From: Eledone cirrhosa
Lineage: Eukaryota
DNA: 64,000 bases
Direction: 5' to 3'
NCBI GenBank assembly: GCA_964016885.1
Contig: OZ024742.1
Coordinates: 128,464,001 to 128,528,000, forward strand
This document shows positions 52,201 through 64,000 of the stretch, in pieces. Position numbers and translations under genes: made by a program. Within the stretch, counting starts at the first letter, position 1, and each line of letters starts with the position of its first letter. The notes under the pieces were generated by a model that did not search any database, was not told the DNA's origin, and saw nothing but the letters and a program-made list of their open reading frames with translations.

Positions 52201-55200
52201 GGTTTTAACACTGCGATGGACTGGTCTCCTGCCCAGGGGGGTCTATTACCAATAACTAGGGTTTTAACACTGCGATGGACTGGTCCGCTGCCCAGGGGAG
52301 TCTATTAGCAATAACTAGGGTTTTAACACTGCGATGGACTGGTCTCCTGCCCAGGGGAGTCTATTAGCAATAACTAGGGTTTTAACACTGCGATGGACTG
52401 GTCTCCTGCCCAAGGGGTGGGGTCTATAACCAATAACTAGGGTTTTAACACTGCGATGGACTTGTCTCCTTCCCAGGGGAGTCTATTACCAATAACTAGG
52501 GTTTTAACACTGCGATGGACTGGTCTCCTGCCCAGGGGAGTCTATTGCCAATAACTAGGGTTTTAACACTGTGATGGACTGGTCTCCTACCCAGGGTGGG
52601 AGTCTATTACCAATAACTAGGGTTTTAACACTGCAATGGACTGGTCTCCTGCCCGAGGGGGAGGCTATTACCAATAACTAGGGTTTTAACACTGCGATGG
52701 ATTGGTCTCCTGCCCAGGGGAGTCTATTAGCAATAACTAGGGTTTTAACACTGCGATGGACTGGTCTGCTGCCCAGGGGGTTCTATTACCAATAACTAGG
52801 GTTTTAACACTGCGATGGACTGGTCTGCTGCCCAGGGGGGGGGGGGGAGTCTATTAACAATAACTAGGATTTTAACACTGCGATGGACTGGTCTGCTGCC
52901 CAGGGGGTTCTATTACCAATAACTAGGGTTTTAACACTGCGATGGACTGGTCTGCTTCCCAGGGGGGGGGGGGGGGAGTCTATTAACAATAACTAGGGTT
53001 TTAACACTGCGATGGACTGGTCTCCTGCCCAGGGGAGTCTATTACCAATAACTAGGGTTTTAACACTGCGATGGACTGGTCTGCTGCCCAGGGGGGGGGT
53101 CTATTACCAATAACTAGGGTTTTAACACTGCGATGGACTGGTCTGCTGCCCAGGGGGGGGGGGGTCTATTACCAATAACTAGGGTTTTAACACTGCGATG
53201 GACTGGTCTGCTGCCCAGGGGGTTCTATTACCAATAACTAGGGTTTTAACACTGCGATGGACTGGTCTCCTGCCCAGGTGAGTCTATTACCAATAACTAG
53301 GGTTTTAACACTGCGATGGACTGGTCTCCTGCCCAGGAGTCCCTATTACCAATAACTAGGGTTTTAACACTGCGATGGACTGGTCTCCTGCCCAGGGGAG
53401 TCTATTACAAATAACTAGGGTTTTAACACTGTGATGGACTGGTCTCCTACCCAGGGTGGGATTCTATTACCAATAACTAGGGTTTTAACACTGCACTGGA
53501 CTGGTCTCCTGCCCAGGTGAGTCTATTACCAATAACTAGGGTTTTAACACTGTAATGGACTGGTCTCCTGCCAGGAGGGGGAGTCTATTACTAATAACTA
53601 TGGTTTTAACACTGTAATGGACTGGTCTCCTGCCCAGGGTGGGAGTCTATTACCAATAACTATAGTTTTAACACTGCGATGGACTGGTCTCCTGCCCAGG
53701 GGGGCGGGGAGTCTATTACGAATAACTAGGGTTTTAACACTGCGATTGACTGGTCTCCTGCCCAGGGGGGGGAGTCTATTACCAATAGCTAGGGTTTTAA
53801 CACTGCGATGGACTGGTCTCCTGCCCAGGTGAGTCTATTACCAATAGCTAGGGTTTTAACACTGCGATGGACTGGTCTGCTGCCCAGGGGAGTCTATTAC
53901 CAATAACTAGGGTTTTAACACTGCGATGGACTGGTCTCCTGCCCAGCGGGGTCTATTACCAATAACTAGGGTTTTAACACTGCGATGGACTGGTCTCCTG
54001 CCCAGGGGGGGGGGTCTATTACCAATAACTAGGGTTTTAACACTGCGATGGACTGGTTTCCTGCCCAGGGGGGGACTCTATTACCAATAACTAGGGTTTT
54101 AACACTGCGATGGACTGGTCTCCTGCCCAGGGGAGTCTATTACCAATAACTAGGGTTTTAACACTGCGATGGACTGGTCTCCTGCCCAGGTGAGTCTATT
54201 ACCAATAACTAGGGTTTTAACACTGCGATGGTCTGGTCTGCTGCCCAGGGGGGGAGTCTATTACCAGTAACTAGGGTTTTAACACTGCGATGGACTGGTC
54301 TCCTGCCCAGGGGCGCCTATTACCAATAACTAGGGTTTTAATACTGCGATGGACTGGTCTCCTGCCCAGGGGGGAGTCTATTACCAATAACTAGGGTTTT
54401 AACACTGCGATGGACTGGTCTTCTGCCCAGCGGGGTCTATTACCAATAACTAGGGTTTTAACACTGCGATGGACTGGTCTCCTGCCCAGGGGGGGGGGTC
54501 TATTACCAATAACTAGGGTTTTAACACTGCGATGGACTGGTCTCCTGCCCAGGGGGGGACTCTATTACCAATAACTAGGGTTTTAACACTGCGATGGACT
54601 GGTCTCCTGCCCAGGTGAGTCTATTACCAATAACTAGGGTTTTAACACTGCAATGGACTGGTCTCCTGCCCGAGGGGGGAGTCTATTACCAATAACTAGG
54701 GTTTTAACAGTGCGATGGACTGGTCTCCTGCCCAGGGGGGTCTATTACCAATAACTAGGGTTTTAACACTGCGATGGACGGGTTTCCTGCCCAGGTGAGT
54801 ATATTACCAATAACTAGGGTTTTAACACTGCAATGGACTGGTCTCCTGCCCAGGTGAGTCTATTACCAATAACTAGGGTTTTAACACTGCAATGGACTGG
54901 TCTCCTGCCCGAGGGGGGAGTCTATTACCAATAACTAGGGTTTTAACAGTGCGATGGACTGGTCTCCTGCCCAGGGGGGTCTATTACCAATAACTAGGGT
55001 TTTAACACTGCGATGGACGGGTTTCCTGCCCAGGTGAGTATATTACCAATAACTAGGGTTTTAACACTGCAATGGACTGGTCTCCTGCCCGAGGGGGGAG
55101 TCTATTACCAATAACTAGGGTTTTAACACTGCGATGGACTGGTCTCCTGCCCAGGGGAGTCTATTAGCAATAACTAGGGTTTTAACACTGCGAAGGACTG

Positions 55201-58200
55201 GTCTCCTGCCCAGGGGAGTCTATTAGCAATAACTAGGGTTTTAACACTGCGATGGACTGGTCTCCTGCCCAGGGGGGGGGGGGGGATCTATTACCAATAA
55301 CTAGGGTTTTAACACTGCGATGGACTGGTCTCCTGCCCAGGGGAGTCTATTAGCAATAACTAGGGTTTTAACACTGCGAAGGACTGGTCTCCTGCCCAGG
55401 GGAGTCTATTAGCAATAACTAGGGTTTTAACACTGCGATGGACAGGTCTCCTGCCCAGGGGGGGGGGGGGGTCTATTACCAATAACTAGGGTTTTAACAC
55501 TGCGATGGACTGGTCTCCTGCCCAGGGGAGTCTATTAGCAATAACTAGGGTTTTAACACTGCGAAGGACTGGTCTCCTGCCCAGGGGAGTCTATTAGCAA
55601 TAACTAGGGTTTTAACACTGCGATGGACTGGTCTCCTGCCCAGGGGAGTCTATTAGCAATAACTAGGGTTTTAACACTGCGGTGGAGTGGTCTCTTGCCC
55701 AGGGGGGGGAGTCTATTACGAATAATTAGGGTTTTAACACTGCGATGGACTGGTCTCCTGCCCAGGGGGGGGGGGGTCTATTACCAATAACTAGGGTTTT
55801 AACACTGCGATGGACTGGTCTCCTGCCCAGGGCGGGGGGGGGCATCTATTACCGATAACTAGGGTTTTAACACTGCGATGGACTGGTCTCCTGCCCAGGT
55901 GAGTCTATTACCAATAACTAGGGTTTTAACACTGCGATGGACTGGTCTCCTGCCCAGGTGAGTCTATTACCAATAACTAGGGTTTTAACACTGCGATGGA
56001 CTGGTCTCCTGTCCAAGGGGGGAGTCTATTACCAATAACTAGGGTTTTAACACTGCAATGGACTGGTCTCCTGCCCAGGTGAGTCTATTACCAATAACTA
56101 GGGTTTTAACACTGTGATGGACTGGTCTCCTGCCCAGGGGGGTGTCTATTACCAATAACTAGGGTTTTAACACTGCGATGGACTGGTCTCCTGCCCAGGG
56201 GGGGAGTCTATTACCAATAACTAGGGTTTTAACACTGCGATTGACTGGTCTGCTGCCTAGGGGGGGAGTCTATTACCAATAACTAGGGTTTTAACACTGC
56301 GATGGACTGGTCTCCTGCCCAGGGGGGGAGTCTATTACCAATAACTAGGGTTTTAACACTGCGATTGACTGGTCTGCTGCCCAGGGGGGGAGTCTATTAC
56401 CAATAACTAGGGTTTTAACACTGCGATGGACTGGTCTCCCGCCAAGGGGGGACTATTTCCAATAACTAGGGTTTTAACACTGCGATGGACTGGTCTCCTA
56501 CCCAGGGCGGTCTATTACCAATAACTAGGGTTTTAACACTGCGATTGACTGGTCTGCTGCCCAGGGGGGGAGTCTATTACCAATAACTAGGGTTTTAACA
56601 CTGCGATGGACTGGTCTCCTGCCCAGGGGGGTCTATTACCAATAACTAGGGTTTTAACACTGCGATGGACTGGTCTCCTGCCCAGGGGGGTCTATTACCA
56701 ATAACTAGGGTTTTAACACTGCGATGGACTGGTCCGCTGCCCAGGGGAGTCTATTAGCAATAACTAGGGTTTTAACACTGCGATGGACTGGTCTCCTGCC
56801 CAGGGGAGTCTATTAGCAATAACTAGGGTTTTAACACTGCGATGGACTGGTCTCCTGCCCAAGGGGTGGGGTCTATAACCAATAACTAGGGTTTTAACAC
56901 TGCGATGGACTTGTCTACTGCCCAGGGGTGTCTATTACCAATAACTAGGGTTTTAACACTGCAATGGACTGGTCTCCTGCCCAGGTGAGTCTATTACCAA
57001 TAACTAGGGTTTTAACACTGCAATGGACTGGTCTGCTGCCCTGGGGGGGGGAGTCTATTACCAATAACTAGGGTTTTAACACTGCGATGGAGTGGTCTCT
57101 TGCCCAGGGGGGGAGTCTATTACGAATAATTAGGGTTTTAACACTGCGATGGACTGGTCTCCTGCCCAGGGGGGGGGGTCTATTACCAATAACTAGGGTT
57201 TTAACACTGCGATGGACTGGTCTCCTGCCCAGGGCGGGGGGGGGCGTCTATTACCGATAACTAGGGTTTTAACACTGCGATGGACTGGTCTCCTGCCCAG
57301 GTGAGTCTATTACCAATAACTAGGGTTTTAACACTGCGATGGACTGGTCTCCTGCCCAGGTGAGTCTATTACCAATAACTAGGGTTTTAACACTGCGATG
57401 GACTGGTCTGCTGCCCAGGGGGGTCTATTACCAATAACTAGGGTTTTAACACTGCGATGGACTGGTCTCCGGCCCAGGTGAGTCTATTACCAATAACTTG
57501 GGTTTTAACACTGCGATGGACTGGTCTCCTGCCCAGGGGGGGGTCTATTACCAATAACTAGGGTTTTAACACTGCGATGGACTGGTCTCCTGCCCAGGGG
57601 GGTCTATTACCAATAACTAGGGTTTTAACACTGCAATGGACTGGTCTGCTGCCCTGGGGGGGGGGAGTCTATTACCAATAACTAGGGTTTTAACACTGCG
57701 ATGGACTGGTCTCCTGCCCAAGGGGGGGGAGTATATTACGAATAACTAGGGTTTTAACAGTGCGATGGACTGGTCTCCTGCCCAGGGGAGTCTATTACCA
57801 ATAACTAGGGTTTTAACACTGCGATGGACTGGTCTCCTGCCCAGGGGAGTCTATTACCAATAACTAGGGTTTTAACACTGCGATGGACTGGTCTCCTGCC
57901 CAGGGGAGTCTATTACCAATAACTAGGGTTTTAACACTGCGATGGACTGGTCTCCTGCCCAGGGGAGTCTATTACCAATAACTAGGGTTTTAACAGTGCG
58001 ATGGACTGGTCTCCTGCCCAGGGGAGTCTATTACCAATAACTAGGGTTTTAACACTGCGATGGACTGGTCTCCTGCCCAGGGGAGTCTATTACCAATAAC
58101 TAGGGTTTTAACACTGCGATGGACTGGTCTCCTGCCCAGGGGAGTCTATTACCAATAACTAGGGTTTTAACACTGCGATGGACTGGTCTCCTACCCAGGT

Positions 58201-61200
58201 GAGTCTATTACCAATAACTAGGGTTTTAACACTGCGATGGACTGGTCTGCTGCCCAGAGGGAGAGTCTATTAGCAATAACTAGGGTCTTAACACTGCGAT
58301 GGACTGGTCTCCTGCCCAGGGGGAGAGTCTATTACCAATAACTAGGGTTTTAACACTGCGATGGACGGGCTTGCTGCCCAGGGGGGGGAGTCTATTACCA
58401 ATAACTAGGGTTTTAACACTGCGATGGACTGGTCTCCTACCCAGGGGGGTCTATTACCAATAACTAGGGTTTTAACGCTGCGATGGACTGGTCTCCTGCC
58501 CAGGGGAGTCTATTACCAATAACTAGGGTTTTAACACTGCGATGGACTGGTCTCCTGCCCAGGGGAGTCTATTAGCAATAACTAGGGTTTTAACACTGCG
58601 ATGGATTGGTCTCCTGCCCAGGGGAGTCCATTACCAATAACTAGGGTTTTAACACTGCGATGGACTGGTCTCCTGCCCAGGGGAGTCTATTAGCAATAAC
58701 TAGGGTTTTAACACTGCGATGGACCGGTCTCCTGCCCAGGGGGGTCTATTACCAATAACTAGGGTTTTGACACTGCGATGGACTGGTCTCCTGCCCAGGT
58801 GAGTCTATTACCAATAACTAGGGTTTTAACACTGCGATGGACTGGCCTGCTGCCCAGGGGGGGGGGGGTGTCTATTACCAATAACTAGGGTTTAACACTG
58901 CGATGGACTGGTCTCCTGCTCAGGGGCGTCTATTACCAATAACTAGGGTTTTAACACTGCAATGGACTGGCCTGCTGCCCAGGGGGGGGGGTGTCTATTA
59001 CCAATAACTAGGGTTTAACACTGCGATGGACTGGTCTCCTGCTCAGGGGCGTCTATTACCAATAATTAGGGTTTTAACACTGCGATGGATTGGTCTGCTG
59101 CCCGGGGGGGGGGTCTATTACCAATAACTAGGGTTTTAACACTGCGATGGACTTGTCTGCTGCCCAGGGGAGGGGGGGGGGTCTATTACCAATAACTAGG
59201 GTTTTAACACTGCGATGGACTGGTCTCCTGCCCAGGGGGGTCTATTACCAATAACTAGGGTTTTAACACTGCGATGGACTGGTCTCCTGCCCAGGTGAGT
59301 CTATTACCAATAACTATGGTTTTAACACTGTAATGGACTGGTCTCCCGCCCAGGGTGGGAGTCTATTACCAATAACTATGGTTTTAACACTGCGATGGAC
59401 TGGTCTCCTGCCCAGGGGAGTCTATTACCAATAACTAGGGTTTTAACACTGCGATGGACTGGTCTGCTGCCCAGGGGGGGAGTCTATTACCAGTAACTAG
59501 GGTTTTAACACTGCGATGGACTGGTCTCCTGCCCAGGGGCGCCTATTACCAATAACTAGGGTTTTAATACTGCGATGGACTGGTCTCCTGCCCAGGGGGG
59601 AGTCTATTACCAATAACTAGGGTTTTAACACTGCGATGGACTGGTCTCCTGCCCAGCGGGGTCTATTACCAATAACTAGGGTTTTAACACTGCGATGGAC
59701 TGGTCTCCTGCCCAGGGGGGGGGGGGTCTATTACCAATAACTAGGGTTTTAACACTGCGATGGACTGGTCTCCTGCCCAGGGGGGGACTCTATTACCAAT
59801 AACTAGGGTTTTAACACTGCGATGGACTGGTCTCCTGCCCAGGTGAGTCTATTACCAATAACTAGGGTTTTAACACTGCAATGGACTGGTCTCCTGCCCG
59901 AGGGGGGAGTCTATTACCAATAACTAGGGTTTTAACAGTGCGATGGACTGGTCTCCTGCCCAGGGGGGTCTATTACCAATAACTAGGGTTTTAACACTGC
60001 GATGGACGGGTTTCCTGCCCAGGTGAGTATATTACCAATAACTAGGGTTTTAACACTGCAATGGACTGGTCTCCTGCCCAGGTGAGTCTATTACCAATAA
60101 CTAGGGTTTTAACACTGCAATGGACTGGTCTCCTGCCCGAGGGGGGAGTCTATTACCAATAACTAGGGTTTTAACAGTGCGATGGACTGGTCTCCTGCCC
60201 AGGGGGGTCTATTACCAATAACTAGGGTTTTAACACTGCGATGGACGGGTTTCCTGCCCAGGTGAGTATATTACCAATAACTAGGGTTTTAACACTGCAA
60301 TGGACTGGTCTCCTGCCCGAGGGGGGAGTCTATTACCAATAACTAGGGTTTTAACACTGCGATGGACTGGTCTCCTGCCCAGGGGAGTCTATTAGCAATA
60401 ACTAGGGTTTTAACACTGCGAAGGACTGGTCTCCTGCCCAGGGGAGTCTATTAGCAATAACTAGGGTTTTAACACTGCGATGGACTGGTCTCCTGCCCAG
60501 GGGGGGGGGGATCTATTACCAATAACTAGGGTTTTAACACTGCGATGGACTGGTCTCCTGCCCAGGGGAGTCTATTAGCAATAACTAGGGTTTTAACACT
60601 GCGAAGGACTGGTCTCCTGCCCAGGGGAGTCTATTAGCAATAACTAGGGTTTTAACACTGCGATGGACAGGTCTCCTGCCCAGGGGGGGGGGGTCTATTA
60701 CCAATAACTAGGGTTTTAACACTGCGATGGACTGGTCTCCTGCCCAGGGGAGTCTATTAGCAATAACTAGGGTTTTAACACTGCGAAGGACTGGTCTCCT
60801 GCCCAGGGGAGTCTATTAGCAATAACTAGGGTTTTAACACTGCGATGGACTGGTCTCCTGCCCAGGGGAGTCTATTAGCAATAACTAGGGTTTTAACACT
60901 GCGATGGAGTGGTCTCTTGCCCAGGGGGGGGAGTCTATTACGAATAATTAGGGTTTTAACACTGCGATGGACTGGTCTCCTGCCCAGGGGGGGGGGGTCT
61001 ATTACCAATAACTAGGGTTTTAACACTGCGATGGACTGGTCTCCTGCCCAGGGCGGGGGGGAGGCATCTATTACCGATAACTAGGGTTTTAACACTGCGA
61101 TGGACTGGTCTCCTGCCCAGGTGAGTCTATTACCAATAACTAGGGTTTTAACACTGCGATGGACTGGTCTCCTGCCCAGGTGAGTCTATTACCAATAACT

Positions 61201-64000
61201 AGGGTTTTAACACTGCGATGGACTGGTCTCCTGTCCAAGGGGGGAGTCTATTACCAATAACTAGGGTTTTAACACTGCAATGGACTGGTCTCCTGCCCAG
61301 GTGAGTCTATTACCAATAACTAGGGTTTTAACACTGTGATGGACTGGTCTCCTGCCCAGGGGGGTGTCTATTACCAATAACTAGGGTTTTAACACTGCGA
61401 TGGACTGGTCTCCTGCCCAGGGGGGGAGTCTATTACCAATAACTAGGGTTTTAACACTGCGATTGACTGGTCTGCTGCCCAGGGGGGGAGTCTATTACCA
61501 ATAACTAGGGTTTTAACACTGCGATGGACTGGTCTCCTGCCCAGGGGGGGGAGTCTATTACCAATAACTAGGGTTTTAACACTGCGATTGACTGGTCTGC
61601 TGCCCAGGGGGGGAGTCTATTACCAATAACTAGGGTTTTAACACTGCGATGGACTGGTCTCCCGCCAAGGGGAGACTATTTCCAATAACTAGGGTTTTAA
61701 CACTGCGATGGACTGGTCTCCTACCCAGGGCGGTCTATTACCAATAACTAGGGTTTTAACACTGCGATTGACTGGTCTGCTGCCCAGGGGGGGAGTCTAT
61801 TACCAATAACTAGGGTTTTAACACTGCGATGGACTGGTCTCCTGCCCAGGGGGGTCTATTACCAATAACTAGGGTTTTAACACTGCGATGGACTGGTCTC
61901 CTGCCCAGGGGGGTCTATTACCAATAACTAGGGTTTTAACACTGCGATGGACTGGTCCGCTGCCCAGGGGAGTCTATTAGCAATAACTAGGGTTTTAACA
62001 CTGCGATGGACTGGTCTCCTGCCCAGGGGAGTCTATTAGCAATAACTAGGGTTTTAACACTGCGATGGACTGGTCTCCTGCCCAAGGGGTGGGGTCTATA
62101 ACCAATAACTAGGGTTTTAACACTGCGATGGACTTGTCTACTGCCCAGGGGTGTCTATTACCAATAACTAGGGTTTTAACACTGCAATGGACTGGTCTCC
62201 TGCCCAGGTGAGTCTATTACCAATAACTAGGGTTTTAACACTGCAATGGACTGGTCTGCTGCCCTGGGGGGGGGGAGTCTATTACCAATAACTAGGGTTT
62301 TAACACTGCGATGGAGTGGTCTCTTGCCCAGGGGGGGAGTCTATTACGAATAATTAGGGTTTTAACACTGCGATGGACTGGTCTCCTGCCCAGGGGGGGG
62401 GGTCTATTACCAATAACTAGGGTTTTAACACTGCGATGGACTGGTCTCCTGCCCAGGGCGGGGGGGGGCGTCTATTACCGATAACTAGGGTTTTAACACT
62501 GCGATGGACTGGTCTCCTGCCCAGGTGAGTCTATTACCAATAACTAGGGTTTTAACACTGCGATGGACTGGTCTCCTGCCCAGGTGAGTCTATTACCAAT
62601 AACTAGGGTTTTAACACTGCGATGGACTGGTCTGCTGCCCAGGGGGGTCTATTACCAATAACTAGGGTTTTAACACTGCGATGGACTGGTCTCCGGCCCA
62701 GGTGAGTCTATTACCAATAACTTGAGTTTTAACACTGCGATGGACTGGTCTCCTGCCCAGGGGGGGGTCTATTACCAATAACTAGGGTTTTAACACTGCG
62801 ATGGACTGGTCTCCTGCCCAGGGGGGTCTATTACCAATAACTAGGGTTTTAACACTGCAATGGACTGGTCTGCTGCCCTGGGGGGGGGGAGTCTATTACC
62901 AATAACTAGGGTTTTAACACTGCGATGGACTGGTCTCCTGCCCAAGGGGGGGGGAGTATATTACGAATAACTAGGGTTTTAACAGTGCGATGGACTGGTC
63001 TCCTGCCCAGGGGAGTCTATTACCAATAACTAGGGTTTTAACACTGCGATGGACTGGTCTCCTGCCCAGGGGAGTCTATTACCAATAACTAGGGTTTTAA
63101 CACTGCGATGGACTGGTCTCCTGCCCAGGGGAGTCTATTACCAATAACTAGGGTTTTAACACTGCGATGGACTGGTCTCCTGCCCAGGGGAGTCTATTAC
63201 CAATAACTAGGGTTTTAACAGTGCGATGGACTGGTCTCCTGCCCAGGGGAGTCTATTACCAATAACTAGGGTTTTAACACTGCGATGGACTGGTCTCCTG
63301 CCCAGGGGAGTCTATTACCAATAACTAGGGTTTTAACACTGCGATGGACTGGTCTCCTGCCCAGGGGAGTCTATTACCAATAACTAGGGTTTTAACACTG
63401 CGATGGACTGGTCTCCTACCCAGGTGAGTCTATTACCAATAACTAGGGTTTTAACACTGCGATGGACTGGTCTGCTGCCCAGAGGGAGAGTCTATTAGCA
63501 ATAACTAGGGTCTTAACACTGCGATGGACTGGTCTCCTGCCCAGGGGGAGAGTCTATTACCAATAACTAGGGTTTTAACACTGCGATGGACGGGCTTGCT
63601 GCCCAGGGGGGGGAGTCTATTACCAATAACTAGGGTTTTAACACTGCGATGGACTGGTCTCCTACCCAGGGGGGTCTATTACCAATAACTAGGGTTTTAA
63701 CGCTGCGATGGACTGGTCTCCTGCCCAGGGGAGTCTATTACCAATAACTAGGGTTTTAACACTGCGATGGACTGGTCTCCTGCCCAGGGGAGTCTATTAG
63801 CAATAACTAGGGTTTTAACACTGCGATGGATTGGTCTCCTGCCCAGGGGAGTCCATTACCAATAACTAGGGTTTTAACACTGCGATGGACTGGTCTCCTG
63901 CCCAGGGGAGTCTATTAGCAATAACTAGGGTTTTAACACTGCGATGGACCGGTCTCCTGCCCAGGGGGGTCTATTACCAATAACTAGGGTTTTGACACTG
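31169..64000. repeat. Satellite DNA with a 59-bp base monomer (longer where the G-tract expands), roughly 540 copies, running off the window end
   Basis: Unit taccaataactagggttttaacactgcgatggactggtctcctgcccaggggagtctat, head-to-tail and uninterrupted for about 32.8 kb. Confidence 0.99.

Noticed and set aside
42590-61008. Short ORFs within the 59-bp satellite
   Set aside because: Chance stop-free runs in tandem repeats; useful only as HOR markers.
31169-64000. CRISPR-like array (constant repeat plus variable spacer)
   Set aside because: The variable part is only a short G-rich tract rather than unique spacers, there are no cas genes, and the context is eukaryotic.

Overview
Eukaryotic, AT-rich, repeat-dominated DNA. 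The repeat repertoire suggests an invertebrate, probably a cephalopod such as Octopus (inference). No intact host protein-coding gene is recognisable. Positions 1-31 kb are a mosaic of (TA)n/(CA)n microsatellites and transposon relics: three Penelope-like element (PLE) pieces (one near full length, RT plus GIY-YIG, one frameshift), RTE-clade LINE fragments, two tRNA-derived SINE families, a DD37D maT transposon, Helitrons, MITEs, several foldback palindromes, and a 76-bp tandem array at about 14.2-16.9 kb. From about 31,169 to the window end lies a 59-bp-monomer satellite of roughly 540 copies with a hypervariable G-tract and 4.5/5.2-kb higher-order duplications. Two observations stand out. 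First, the large satellite grows directly out of the body of a tRNA-SINE whose Pol III head is still attached. Second, at least seven hammerhead-ribozyme-like motifs occur in the first 28 kb, including long-stem-II and altered-core variants, mostly near (TA)n tracts, foldbacks or PLE ends.
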